Shown here: piece after piece, positions 24,568-33,961 of the stretch | Layout of the letters: every line of letters begins with the position of its first letter | Position numbering within the stretch: position 1 is the first letter of the stretch | IMG/VR virus record: IMGVR_UViG_3300047319_001747 | DNA: 64,000 bases | Strand: one strand, 5' to 3' | DNA from: an uncultured virus (IMG/VR IMGVR_UViG_3300047319_001747) | Lineage: Duplodnaviria; Heunggongvirae; Uroviricota; Caudoviricetes | The notes under the pieces: generated by a model | The model's input: the letters and a program-made list of their open reading frames with translations, nothing else | Database searches by the model: none | Told to the model about the DNA's origin: nothing | Program-made: the position numbers and the translations under genes

Positions 24568-25761
24568 CTGGAACTCGAAATACGGACGGCGCGGGCCTAC
24601 CTGCCCCTGCTCGCGCCCCGAAAGCGCTACCGCGGCGCGCGTGGCGGCCGCGGCTCCGCGAAAAGCTGGTTCTTCGCCGAGCTGATCGTCGACCGCTTCA
24701 TCGAGAACCTCAAGACGCGTGCCGTCTGCGTGCGCGAGTTTCAGAAATCCCTCGAGATGTCCGCCAAGCGGCTGATCGAGGACACGATCCAGCGCCTGGG
24801 CATCGGGCACCTCTTTCGCATCCTCAACACGCACATCGAGACGCACCAGGGCGGCGTGATCCTCTTCCAGGGCATGGCGACGCACACGGCCGAGTCGATC
24901 AAATCGTTAGAAGGGTTCTCGCTGGCGTGGATTGAAGAGGCGCAGTCCCTCTCGCAGCGCTCATTGGACCTCTTGCGTCCCACCATTCGCGAGGAAGGCT
25001 CGGAGATCTTCGCCAGCTGGAACCCTCGCTTCGCCACCGACCCGATCGACCGGCTGCTCTGGGGCGGCGACGCGCCACGGGACATCGCGGTCGTGCACAC
25101 GACGTACCGCGACAATCCGTTTTTTCCCGACGTGCTGCGCCGGGAGATGGAGTGGGACCGGGCGCGCGACCCTGAGAAGTACGCGCACGTGTGGCTGGGC
25201 GAGTACGAGCGGCACTCGGAGGCGCGCGTCTTCAAGAACTGGACGATCGACGAGTTCGACGCGACTGAAGGCGCGACGTTCTACTATGGCGCGGACTGGG
25301 GGTTCTCCATTGATCCAAGTGTATTGGTCCGTTGTTACGTCAACGGCCGCACCCTCTATATTGATCACGAAGCCTATCGTGTTGGTGTCGAGGTTGACTA
25401 TCTTGGCCAGTTGTTCGATCGCGTCCCCGGCGCGCGCGACTGGCCGATCACGGCCGACTCTGCGCGGCCGGAGACGATCTCCTACCTGCAGCGCAACGGC
25501 TTCCCGAAGATGGAAGCGGCGAAGAAGGGCAAGGACAGCGTCAAGGAAGGCGTCATCTTCCTGCAAAACTACGACATCGTCGTGCACCCGCGCTGCGTGC
25601 ACACGATCGACGAGCTGACGATGTACTCGTTCAAGACCGACAAGACGACCGGCATGGTCACGCCGCTGCTCGAGGACAAGAAGAACCACGTGATCGACTC
25701 GCTGCGCTACGCGGTCGAGAAGCTGCGGCAGCCGCCGGTGGCGACATGGGTGAGCTGGTGA
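24568..25761 (+). CDS. terL: Terminase large subunit (PBSX/SPP1-like); start codon unresolved
   Basis: Walker A GGRGSAKS upstream of the listed ORF start, IKSLEG, WIEEA, PTIR, SWNP, Y.DNPF, G.DWG...DP, ADSARPE, NH.ID.LRYA. Confidence 0.93.
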   Translation: MELEIRTARAYLPLLAPRKRYRGARGGRGSAKSWFFAELIVDRFIENLKTRAVCVREFQKSLEMSAKRLIEDTIQRLGIGHLFRILNTHIETHQGGVILFQGMATHTAESIKSLEGFSLAWIEEAQSLSQRSLDLLRPTIREEGSEIFASWNPRFATDPIDRLLWGGDAPRDIAVVHTTYRDNPFFPDVLRREMEWDRARDPEKYAHVWLGEYERHSEARVFKNWTIDEFDATEGATFYYGADWGFSIDPSVLVRCYVNGRTLYIDHEAYRVGVEVDYLGQLFDRVPGARDWPITADSARPETISYLQRNGFPKMEAAKKGKDSVKEGVIFLQNYDIVVHPRCVHTIDELTMYSFKTDKTTGMVTPLLEDKKNHVIDSLRYAVEKLRQPPVATWVSW

Positions 25762-25961
25762 GGCACGGTGATCGCCATTTCGCCGGTGGTCAAATGCACC
25801 CAGCGTCGATGCGAGTGAGTGAACTTCCCGTTAAGAATCCCGTCTGCGTGCACGAGTGGCAACTGTTGTCGAATCAGTTCGCGTTCGAGTGTAAGCATTG
25901 TGGGTATGTAGTCACGATGCGCGAGTTGCACCAGCCGCATGAGGGCGAGTTGAATGGCTGA
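25758..25961 (+). CDS. Small Zn-ribbon hypothetical protein
   Basis: CVHEW...CKHCG; lower GC; between terL and the portal gene. Confidence 0.4.
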   Translation: MRHGDRHFAGGQMHPASMRVSELPVKNPVCVHEWQLLSNQFAFECKHCGYVVTMRELHQPHEGELNG

Positions 25962-27696
25962 AACCTTCGAAACCGACGCCCAACTCCGCGCCCTCGACAC
26001 GGCCATCCTGCTCGACCGCCTGCAGTTCATGCGGCAGGCAGGTATAACTTTTGGGGGCGCGCGCGACACGTACGAGCTGTTCGGCTACGACCGCGTCATC
26101 ACCGCCAAGCAGTACCGCGACACGTACGCGCGCGGCGGCATCGCGAAGCGCATCGTCGAGGCGTACCCCAAGGCCACGTGGCGCGGCGGCGTGGAACTCT
26201 TCGAAGATGAGGACCCGGAAGTCATCACGGCGTTCGAGCAGGCGTGGAAGGACCTCGTCGCCAAGACGCACGTCTGGCAGCGCTTCCAGCAGGCCGATAT
26301 CCTGGCGGGCCTCTCGACCTACAGCGTGATGCTCATCGGCGGCCCTGGCAAGGACCTGAGTACCGAGCTGCCCAAGGGCAGGCCAGGGCAGGTGCTCTAC
26401 GTGGCGCCGTTCGCGGGCGGTGGTGGGCCAGGACCGAATCGCCAAGTCAGCGGCGACAGCAACTACGTCGACGCCAGCATCTGGACGTTCGACACCGACA
26501 CGAGCAGCGAGCGCTTCGGCCTGCCGTTGATGTACCAGCTGCGGCGAACCGACTTCACGAGCCCGCAGCTCCAGCAGCCCGTGCACTGGAGCCGCATCAT
26601 CCACGTCGCCGAAGGGACGCTCGACAACGACGTGTACGGCCAGCCGACCCTCGAGAACGTCTGGAACCTGCTCTCGGACCTGGAGAAGGTCACGGGCGGC
26701 GGCGCGGAGGCGTTCTGGCTGCGGGCGAACGCCGGCCTCCAGGTCGACATCGACAAGGACATGGCGCTGCCGCCGGACCCGGCCGAGCTGGCGAAGCTCA
26801 AGGACGACGTCGAGGCGTACAAGCACAACATCACGCGCATCCTCCGCACGCGCGGCGTCAACGTCAACCAGCTCGGCTCCGACGTCGCGAACTTCGCCCT
26901 GCCCGCCGACGCCATCATCAAGCAGATCGCCGGGAGCAAGGGTATCCCGATGCGCATCCTGACAGGCTCGGAGATGGGCCAGCTGGCCTCGGGCCAGGAC
27001 GCCGACAACTGGATCACGGCCGTCATGGACCGGCGCACGGGCTACGCCGGACCGAGCATCGTGCGGCGCTTCGTCGACCGGCTGGTCGAGTACGGCTACC
27101 TCCCGACGCCGAAGCAGTACGAGGTGGGGTGGCCGGTCGAGGGCGACCTGACGGAGCTCGAGCGCGCGCAGGGCGCGCAGCAGATGGCGCAGGTCAACCA
27201 GACGGCCGGCTACATCATCTTTACCGGCGACGAGATCCGCGACAAGTGGTACGACATGCCGCCGCTCGAGCCCATCGAGAACGAGCAGTGGCGCGCGGAC
27301 CTCGCCGCGAAGATGGCGCTGACGAACAAGAACGAGGGCGCCGTCATTTTCACGAACGACGAGATTCGCAAGCTGGCCTACGGCTGGGCGCCGCTGACGC
27401 CAGAGCAGAAGGTCCCGCTCACGGCGCCCGAGCGCGTGACGGCCACGGCGCCGACGCCGAGCGTGGATGCGGAAGGCAACCCGCAGCCGCCGAAGCCGCA
27501 GGTGGACCTGTACACGGGCCTGCCGAAGGCGCCTGCGCCGGTGCCGGTCATCAACGCGCCGCCGAAGCCCGCCGCCGTGCCGAAGGCGGCCGAGGACCAC
27601 GACGAGATGCTCGCCGTGCTGGCGGAGGCGATCGCGGCGAAGAACATCGAGGTCATCGACCGCATCCTTGGGATCACGCACGAGGAGCCGACATAA
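25954..27696 (+). CDS. Portal protein (DUF1073-like) with a Pro-rich C-terminal extension
   Basis: Y.RGGIA.RIV..P..TW, VHWSRIIH, G.P.LE...N...DLEKV.GG.AE.FW, IP.RIL.GSE.G.LAS..D; follows terL. Confidence 0.88.
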   Translation: MAETFETDAQLRALDTAILLDRLQFMRQAGITFGGARDTYELFGYDRVITAKQYRDTYARGGIAKRIVEAYPKATWRGGVELFEDEDPEVITAFEQAWKDLVAKTHVWQRFQQADILAGLSTYSVMLIGGPGKDLSTELPKGRPGQVLYVAPFAGGGGPGPNRQVSGDSNYVDASIWTFDTDTSSERFGLPLMYQLRRTDFTSPQLQQPVHWSRIIHVAEGTLDNDVYGQPTLENVWNLLSDLEKVTGGGAEAFWLRANAGLQVDIDKDMALPPDPAELAKLKDDVEAYKHNITRILRTRGVNVNQLGSDVANFALPADAIIKQIAGSKGIPMRILTGSEMGQLASGQDADNWITAVMDRRTGYAGPSIVRRFVDRLVEYGYLPTPKQYEVGWPVEGDLTELERAQGAQQMAQVNQTAGYIIFTGDEIRDKWYDMPPLEPIENEQWRADLAAKMALTNKNEGAVIFTNDEIRKLAYGWAPLTPEQKVPLTAPERVTATAPTPSVDAEGNPQPPKPQVDLYTGLPKAPAPVPVINAPPKPAAVPKAAEDHDEMLAVLAEAIAAKNIEVIDRILGITHEEPT

Positions 27697-28137
27697 ATGG
27701 GTACCGCACAAGCGTCGGCGTTCCTCGAGAACATGATCATCGACTGGATCTTCCGCACGCGCACGCCCGCGAAGCCGACGGCCCTCTACGTCGCCCTGTT
27801 CACGTCGGCGCCCACCGAGTCGGGCGGCGGCGTCGAGGTGAGCGGCGGCAGCTACGCGCGCGTGAACCTGGCGCCGCTGGACGCCAACTGGCGCGCGACG
27901 CAGGGCGGCAACAGCGGCAACAGCACTGGCACGAGCGGCCTGACGGCGAACGCCTCCATCATCACGTTCCCGGCGCCGACGGCCAACTGGGGCCCGGTGA
28001 CGCACTTCGCCCTCTTCGATGCCATCACGTCGGGCAACATGCTGGTCTGGGACGCGCTCACCAGCCCGCGCACCATCAACAACGGGGACCCGGCGCCGTC
28101 GTTCGCCGTGGACGGCCTGCAGGTGAGCATCGACTAG
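27697..28137 (+). CDS. Small beta-rich virion/fibre-associated protein, paralogue 1
   Basis: S.FLEN...D..LYVALFT..P...G.EVSGGSYAR...N...ITFP..T..WG.VTH..L.DA...GN.L. Confidence 0.75.
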   Translation: MGTAQASAFLENMIIDWIFRTRTPAKPTALYVALFTSAPTESGGGVEVSGGSYARVNLAPLDANWRATQGGNSGNSTGTSGLTANASIITFPAPTANWGPVTHFALFDAITSGNMLVWDALTSPRTINNGDPAPSFAVDGLQVSID

Positions 28138-29469
28138 ATGGCCTTCACCGACTCCTTCGATCGTTCGACGGGACTTGGCTCCAACTGGGAGACGGTCTCG
28201 GGCCTCGCCTGGTACATCGAGGCCACCAACCAGTGGATGAAGCCGAAGTCCACCAACCTGAAGACGGCCGTGCGCGTCGTCGGGTCATTTCCGAACGACC
28301 ATTACGCCGAGGTCTGGGTCGACATCCCGCTTGACACCGTCCCGCCGAGCCACACGCGTTCGCTCTGCGGGCCAGCCGTGCGCGTCGGCGCGACCGGCGA
28401 CTGCTACTACGTGCAGTTCAACATCGCGGGCCTGGGCCTCTATCGCCGCCAGGGCTCGGTCGACACCTTCCTCGGCGACTGGGCCGGCACGCAGCCGAGC
28501 GACACGTTCGTCAAGGTCAAGTTGGAGGTCATCGGCACGACGCTCACCGTCTACGTCGGCGGCACGCTGCGGCTGACGCGCACCGACGCGACGCTGACGA
28601 GCGGCAACCCGGGCTGCGCCGGGCTGACGGGTGAGACGGCGCTGATGCCGTTCTTCAACGACTTCGCCAGCACGGACCCTGGCGGCGCGGTCGTCGGCGC
28701 GGGGCTGGCGATCGGCGGCGCGGTCGTGCTCGGCGTCAGCCAGTCGGTGTACGTCGGCGTGGGGTCGGCGGTCGGGTCCGCTGCCGCGCAGTTCCAGAGC
28801 AACCAGCCGTTCACGGACAACTTCAACCGCTCGACGGGCCTTGGCCCCAACTGGGCGACGGTCGAGGGGAACTTCAACTGGGACATCATCGCCGACACGG
28901 TGCTGAAGCCGGTGTCGGTGTTCCGGCACACGGGCGTCCGCTGCGTCATCGGCGCGTTCCCGGACGACCAGTTCTCGGAGTTCTGGACCGAGGTCCCGAC
29001 GATCGTCGGCAGCAACAAGTCGCTCGGCGGTCCCGCGGTGCGCGTCGGCCCCACGGGCGACTGCTATTACGTCCAGTTCGTCAAGACGGGCGTCGCGCTC
29101 TACCGGCGTCAGGCGGCGGTCGACAACTACGTCGGCGACGCCACGTTCACGAACCCCAACGACGTGATGACGAAGGTGCGGCTGGAGGCGATCGGCACGA
29201 CGCTCAAGGTCTACGTCAGCGACGTGCTGAAGCTGACGAGGACGGATGCCAACATCACGTCGGGGAACCCCGGCGCGCACAGCCTGACGGGTGAGACGGC
29301 ATACATCCCGCGCTACGACGACTTCTCGTGTACGCCCTCCGTCGCGTCTGGCATTGGCGTCGGGTCGGCGGTCGGCGCGGCCATCGTCACGGGCTTCAGT
29401 TCGTCGTCGGTCGGCGGTGGCGTCGGGCAGAAGGCGGAGATTTCTGAGCGCCGCCGGAGGGCGAACTAG
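28138..29469 (+). CDS. Virion protein with two tandem concanavalin/lectin-like domains
   Basis: Internal duplication of FTD.F.RSTGLG.NW.TV...GPAVRVG.TGDCYYVQF...TD...TSGNPG, from 28144 and 28810. Confidence 0.75.
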   Translation: MAFTDSFDRSTGLGSNWETVSGLAWYIEATNQWMKPKSTNLKTAVRVVGSFPNDHYAEVWVDIPLDTVPPSHTRSLCGPAVRVGATGDCYYVQFNIAGLGLYRRQGSVDTFLGDWAGTQPSDTFVKVKLEVIGTTLTVYVGGTLRLTRTDATLTSGNPGCAGLTGETALMPFFNDFASTDPGGAVVGAGLAIGGAVVLGVSQSVYVGVGSAVGSAAAQFQSNQPFTDNFNRSTGLGPNWATVEGNFNWDIIADTVLKPVSVFRHTGVRCVIGAFPDDQFSEFWTEVPTIVGSNKSLGGPAVRVGPTGDCYYVQFVKTGVALYRRQAAVDNYVGDATFTNPNDVMTKVRLEAIGTTLKVYVSDVLKLTRTDANITSGNPGAHSLTGETAYIPRYDDFSCTPSVASGIGVGSAVGAAIVTGFSSSSVGGGVGQKAEISERRRRAN

Positions 29470-31688
29470 TGGCCATCCGCACGGTCGGTCCCATTCGCGA
29501 CTACACGACGGTGCAGGCGGCGATCAACGCGGCCGCTGGCGGCGACATCATTCAGTGCGACGCCGGGCGGCTGTTCTCGGAGTGGCTGACGCTGCCGAAC
29601 AAGGGCGTACTGACGCAGGACATCCTCATCACGACGAGCGCGACGCCCGCGCAGCTCCCTCCGGCGGGCGTGCGAACGGACCCGTCGTACGCGGCCTTCA
29701 TGCCGACGATCCAATCTCCGGGGTCGGGCCTGACGACGGTGCAGGTGGCACCGGGCGCGAATCACTATAAGTTCCAGCACGTGCACTTCCCCGAAGTGCC
29801 TGGCGGCTTCAACGCCATCATCAGCATCGGGAAGGCCGGACTGCCGCAGGAGTTCTACGCCGACGAGCCACATCACATCACCGTCGACCAGTGCTACATC
29901 CACGGCGGCATCGTCTGCGGGCAGAAGCTCGGCGTGCAATGCAATGGGCGCTACATCTGGGTCACGAACAACTACTTCAACGACATCAAGAGCGTGGGCC
30001 AAGACTGCGGCAGCATCACGGGCCTGAACGGGCACGGGCCGTTGGTGGTGATCAACAATCGCCTCTGCGGCGGCACCGAGCCGTTCATCTTGGGTGGCGG
30101 CGACCCGTCGGTGCGCACGTTCATGACCATCACGGGTGGCGCATCCTCGACGGGCGCCAACGTGACGTGCTTCGATCCAGGCCACACGCTGTCGGAGCTG
30201 CTCATCGGGCAGGGCATCAGCGTGTCGGTGGCGGGCGTCTACACGTTTGCGACCATCGCCACCATCACCGGCACAGGCGCCAGCGGCTCGATCACGTTCT
30301 CGTCGGTCGGCGGGACGCCGGACGCCGCGTCGCTCATCAAGACGGGCGTCATACTGGGGATGGAGGGACCGGGCTTCGGCCTCACCTTCCAGCGGAACTG
30401 GGTGCTGAACGACCCCTCGTGGGCGAACGGTGTACTGCAGCCGGTGTCTGGCGTCGTCGCGACGCCGCAGACGGGCCTCGGCGGGACGCTGCCAGCCCAG
30501 ACGCACTACTACACGGTGCAGGGGTTCAGCACGGGCGGCTACCAGGGCCTCACCGTCAGCGGCGCGGAGTCGGTCCAGGTGGCCGCCATCCTCACCGCGA
30601 CCGGGCGCGTGTCATTGTCGTGGACCGCCATCCCCGGCGCGACGAGCTACCGCATCTGGCACGCCGACATTTCCGGCACGCGGAACAAGTACGCCACGTC
30701 GACGAGCAACAGCTACATCGACGACGGCACGGCGATGACGGCCGCGACGCCGGGCGGGGCGACGTTCCACCAGATCAAGAACATCTTCGAATTGAAAGCG
30801 GTGCAGAACGCCCAGATCGACTCGAACATCTTCGAGTACGCGTGGCGCGGCAACGGCAACGGGTGGGCGCTCTGGTTCAAGTCGGTCAACCAGAACGGCG
30901 ACGCGCCGTACCTTCAGACGAAGAACATCGTCTTCGAGAAGAACATCGTCCGGCACTGCTACGGCTTCATGGAGGTGCACGGGCGTGAGCGCGGGTCATC
31001 GGCGTATCCGTGGGCGGCACCGGTGACAAACCTGATGATACGCAACAACCTGCTGTACGACTCCGGTGGCGTGTGGGCGCAGGGCGGGTCGCAGTACGAC
31101 ATGAACTGCCTCGAAGGCATCACCAACATGACCATCGACCACAACACGCTGATCCACGTCGGCAGTGGCAGCATGGTCGTGGACGCGACGCAGCTGACGC
31201 CGATGCTCGGGTTGGTCATCACCAACAACATGATGCGGAAGGAGAGCTTCGGCATCAAGTCGGGCGGCTTCGCCTCTGGCACGGCCTCCCTGAACGCGGT
31301 GACCTCGGGCGGCTATACGTTCGACCACAACGCGATCGCGGACTCGAACAGCGGCATCGACGGTGCAGGGAACTTTTACGAATCGGCGGCACTGTGGCAG
31401 GCGGAGTTCGTCAACTACGTCTTCGACGGTAGTGCAGGGGCGGACTTCCACATCAAGCCAGGGAGTGCGTATCACAACGCGGGGCTGGACGGCAAGGACA
31501 TCGGCTGCGACGTCGACCTCGTACTGGCGGCGACGGCGAACGTGACGACGTCCGGCTCCGGCGGCAGCCAGTTCGCGGCGCAGGCGGGCATGCTCGTCGC
31601 GGCGTCTGGCACGCTCGCGGCCCTGCCGCCCGCCGTCGACCAGCGCGTGCAGTTGGCACATCCCGGGAACCGCGTGTATGCGCGATAG
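29469..31688 (+). CDS. Right-handed beta-helix (pectin lyase-like) protein with an FnIII-like insertion
   Basis: Q.AINAA..GD.I start; repeated I.NN / F..N.V / IDHNT; internal LSWTAIPGATSYRIW; C-terminal DGKDIG.D. Confidence 0.75.
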   Translation: MAIRTVGPIRDYTTVQAAINAAAGGDIIQCDAGRLFSEWLTLPNKGVLTQDILITTSATPAQLPPAGVRTDPSYAAFMPTIQSPGSGLTTVQVAPGANHYKFQHVHFPEVPGGFNAIISIGKAGLPQEFYADEPHHITVDQCYIHGGIVCGQKLGVQCNGRYIWVTNNYFNDIKSVGQDCGSITGLNGHGPLVVINNRLCGGTEPFILGGGDPSVRTFMTITGGASSTGANVTCFDPGHTLSELLIGQGISVSVAGVYTFATIATITGTGASGSITFSSVGGTPDAASLIKTGVILGMEGPGFGLTFQRNWVLNDPSWANGVLQPVSGVVATPQTGLGGTLPAQTHYYTVQGFSTGGYQGLTVSGAESVQVAAILTATGRVSLSWTAIPGATSYRIWHADISGTRNKYATSTSNSYIDDGTAMTAATPGGATFHQIKNIFELKAVQNAQIDSNIFEYAWRGNGNGWALWFKSVNQNGDAPYLQTKNIVFEKNIVRHCYGFMEVHGRERGSSAYPWAAPVTNLMIRNNLLYDSGGVWAQGGSQYDMNCLEGITNMTIDHNTLIHVGSGSMVVDATQLTPMLGLVITNNMMRKESFGIKSGGFASGTASLNAVTSGGYTFDHNAIADSNSGIDGAGNFYESAALWQAEFVNYVFDGSAGADFHIKPGSAYHNAGLDGKDIGCDVDLVLAATANVTTSGSGGSQFAAQAGMLVAASGTLAALPPAVDQRVQLAHPGNRVYAR

Positions 31689-31697
31689 GACCCTATC

Positions 31698-32498
31698 ATG
31701 GATTTGAGAGAAGGCACAGTCGTCACCATCACGCTCGGCCCGTTCCTCGACAAGGCCGACGCCCTCACGCCGCTGACGGCCATCACGCCCGCCATCAAGG
31801 TCGCCAAGAACGGCGGCACGATGGGCGCGCGGAGCAGCGCGGTGGCCGTGACGCACGACGCCGACGGGTACTACAAGGTGGGGCTGGACGCGACCGACAC
31901 CGGCACGCGCGGCGTGCTGAAGGTGATGTCGACGGCGGCGGCGACCTTCTTCCCCGTGTGGCAGGACTACAACGTGCTGTCGGCGGCGGCGTACGACGAG
32001 AAGTACCTGGCGGCGTTCGCACTGCAGTCTGCCGCAGGCAGCACGGCGACGCTCGACGCGAGTGCGAGCGCGGTCGACGACTACTACAAGGACATGTTCC
32101 TGGTGATCACAAGCGGCACCGGGTCGGGACAGACGCGGCGCATCATCGGCTACGTGGGCAGCACGAAGGTGGCGACGGTCGACCGGGCTTGGGGCACGAA
32201 CCCGACGACCGGCAGCACGTTCCGCCTCGTGGCGAACGGCTCCATCGTCACGACGCAGGCCGAGCGCGACCTCGTGGCGACGGCCCTGCTCGACCTCGCC
32301 AACAGCATCGAGACCGGGCTGACGTTCCGGCAGGCGCAGCGGCTGGCGTCGGCGGTGCTGAACGGGAAGCTGAGCGGCGCGACGAACGGCCCCGGGACGG
32401 TGGTCTTCCGCAACGCGGTGGCGGACAGCAAGAACAGGGTGACGGCCATTCAGGACATCTACGGCAACAGGACGACCGTCACGAGCGACGCGACATGA
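31698..32498 (+). CDS. Putative virion structural protein
   Basis: GPFLD..D, S.VDDYY....I.SGTG.GQ.R.I..Y.GSTK.ATV, C-terminal GK.SG...FR...D..GNRT. Confidence 0.7.
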   Translation: MDLREGTVVTITLGPFLDKADALTPLTAITPAIKVAKNGGTMGARSSAVAVTHDADGYYKVGLDATDTGTRGVLKVMSTAAATFFPVWQDYNVLSAAAYDEKYLAAFALQSAAGSTATLDASASAVDDYYKDMFLVITSGTGSGQTRRIIGYVGSTKVATVDRAWGTNPTTGSTFRLVANGSIVTTQAERDLVATALLDLANSIETGLTFRQAQRLASAVLNGKLSGATNGPGTVVFRNAVADSKNRVTAIQDIYGNRTTVTSDAT

Positions 32499-32830
32499 AC
32501 ATGTTCACGGTGATCGACCTCATCTTGGGTGCGATCAACAAACGATTCGACGACATGAGTGTGCAATTAACGCAGCTTTCACAGCAGGTGACAACCATGG
32601 ATGCAGCCACGCAAGCAGCACTCGACGCCCTCAGCGCGGAAGTCGCGCGCGAGACCACGATCGAAGCGTCGGTCAAGACGCTCCTTGAGGGCCTCGCAGC
32701 CCAGATCGAGGCGCTGAAGAACACGCAGACGGACCCGGCGGTCATCGCCGCGATTCAGGCGGCGGCGGACCTGGTGAAGGCGAACAACGACAAGTTCGCG
32801 GCCGACGTGACCGCCAACACCCCTACGTAG
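32495..32830 (+). CDS. Coiled-coil hypothetical protein
   Basis: Heptad-like L..L..EV...T...S...LL.GL..QI; ATGA coupling. Confidence 0.7.
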   Translation: MNMFTVIDLILGAINKRFDDMSVQLTQLSQQVTTMDAATQAALDALSAEVARETTIEASVKTLLEGLAAQIEALKNTQTDPAVIAAIQAAADLVKANNDKFAADVTANTPT

Positions 32831-32849
32831 CCGTGGTCAACGTTCCAGG

Positions 32850-33140
32850 GTGGCCGCCGCAGCACGGGTCGTCCACCTCGCTGCGGTTCATCGGGTGGGC
32901 GTGGAGGATGCGGTGGTGAAGGCAGAGCAGGTCGGGCCCGACATCGTGATGCAGATGCAGTTCGCGCAGGCTATGTTGAAAATGTCTCCGTCGGATGGCA
33001 TCGGCGTGGCACTGTCCTATTTGCTCTTGATGTCGGAGCTCGAACCAGCGAGGGTCCGCGCGATCTTGAATGAGAAAGTCGTTCGCGAAGGGTTCGTCGG
33101 CGTTTCGATGATCGAGACGCTGAACAGGATTTGCAGGTAA
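32850..33140 (+). CDS. Hypothetical protein
   Basis: Fills the gap on the coding strand; start uncertain. Confidence 0.4.
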   Translation: MAAAARVVHLAAVHRVGVEDAVVKAEQVGPDIVMQMQFAQAMLKMSPSDGIGVALSYLLLMSELEPARVRAILNEKVVREGFVGVSMIETLNRICR

Positions 33141-33144
33141 CCAA

Positions 33145-33597
33145 ATGGCCAAAAGTACTGCCTACGCGAACAGCTTGCTGCTGCTGATGTTCAACATGAC
33201 GGCCTTCGCCACCATGGCGAAGAAGACGTCTGACGTTTCGGGCGTCACGGACGTCGCCAGCATCTTTGCCAGTTTGCACACGGCTGACCCCGGCACGACC
33301 GGGGACCAGACGACGAGCGAGATGACCGTCGGCGCATACAACACGTACGCGCGCGTGGCGGTCGTGCGTTCGGCCAGCGGGTGGACAATCACCAGCAACT
33401 CGTGCAGCCCGCTCGCCCAGGTTACGTTCCCCGCTGGCGTCAGCGGATCGGGTGCGTCGGCCGGGTGGTTTGGCCTTGGTACGTTGACGTCAGGCGCTGG
33501 CGTGCGCATGTACTCTGGTACGATCACGCCGCCCATCGCGTGCGGCGCGGGCGTCACGCCGGGGCTGTCGACGGCCTCGACCATCGTGGAGACGTAG
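33145..33597 (+). CDS. Small beta-rich virion/fibre-associated protein, paralogue 2
   Basis: S....N.LL...FN...SLHTADPG..G.QTTSE...YARVAV.RS..GWT...VTFP. Confidence 0.75.
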   Translation: MAKSTAYANSLLLLMFNMTAFATMAKKTSDVSGVTDVASIFASLHTADPGTTGDQTTSEMTVGAYNTYARVAVVRSASGWTITSNSCSPLAQVTFPAGVSGSGASAGWFGLGTLTSGAGVRMYSGTITPPIACGAGVTPGLSTASTIVET

Positions 33598-33598
33598 C

Positions 33599-33961
33599 AT
33601 GGCAGTCGTGACCGGACACGCCATCGCCGCGCAGTCGCAGTACGACCTCGTCGTGCCGGGCGCGTCCATTCGCCTGCAGAAGGCGATGGAAGAGGCAGTG
33701 CTGACCGCGAACCGCGAGGGCATCGCGAACGAAGAGCAGAACTCGCCCATCATCAAGCGGCGCATGATGCTGGCGCATCAGAAGGAGCTGCGCGCGATCA
33801 TGGTCGAGGCGCACGTGAAGCAGCGGCAGGAAGCCTTGTGGGCACTCGAAGCGAGGGTCAGCGAGCTGCTCGCGCAGCACATGGCCCTCGTCGTCGGCGC
33901 CGAGCAGGCGCACATTCAGGAACTGGCGGCCCTCGACACGAACATCGAGGAACTCACGTGA
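33599..33961 (+). CDS. Coiled-coil hypothetical protein
   Basis: 120 aa, tightly packed in the operon. Confidence 0.65.
   Translation: MAVVTGHAIAAQSQYDLVVPGASIRLQKAMEEAVLTANREGIANEEQNSPIIKRRMMLAHQKELRAIMVEAHVKQRQEALWALEARVSELLAQHMALVVGAEQAHIQELAALDTNIEELT

Noticed and set aside
25912..28334. 697-aa minus and 696-aa plus alternative ORFs over the portal gene
   Set aside because: Low-complexity shadow frames; the portal frame carries the family motifs
28138..29469. Diversity-generating retroelement template/variable repeat pair
   Set aside because: Both copies are coding in one ORF, differences do not appear adenine-specific, and no reverse transcriptase is present
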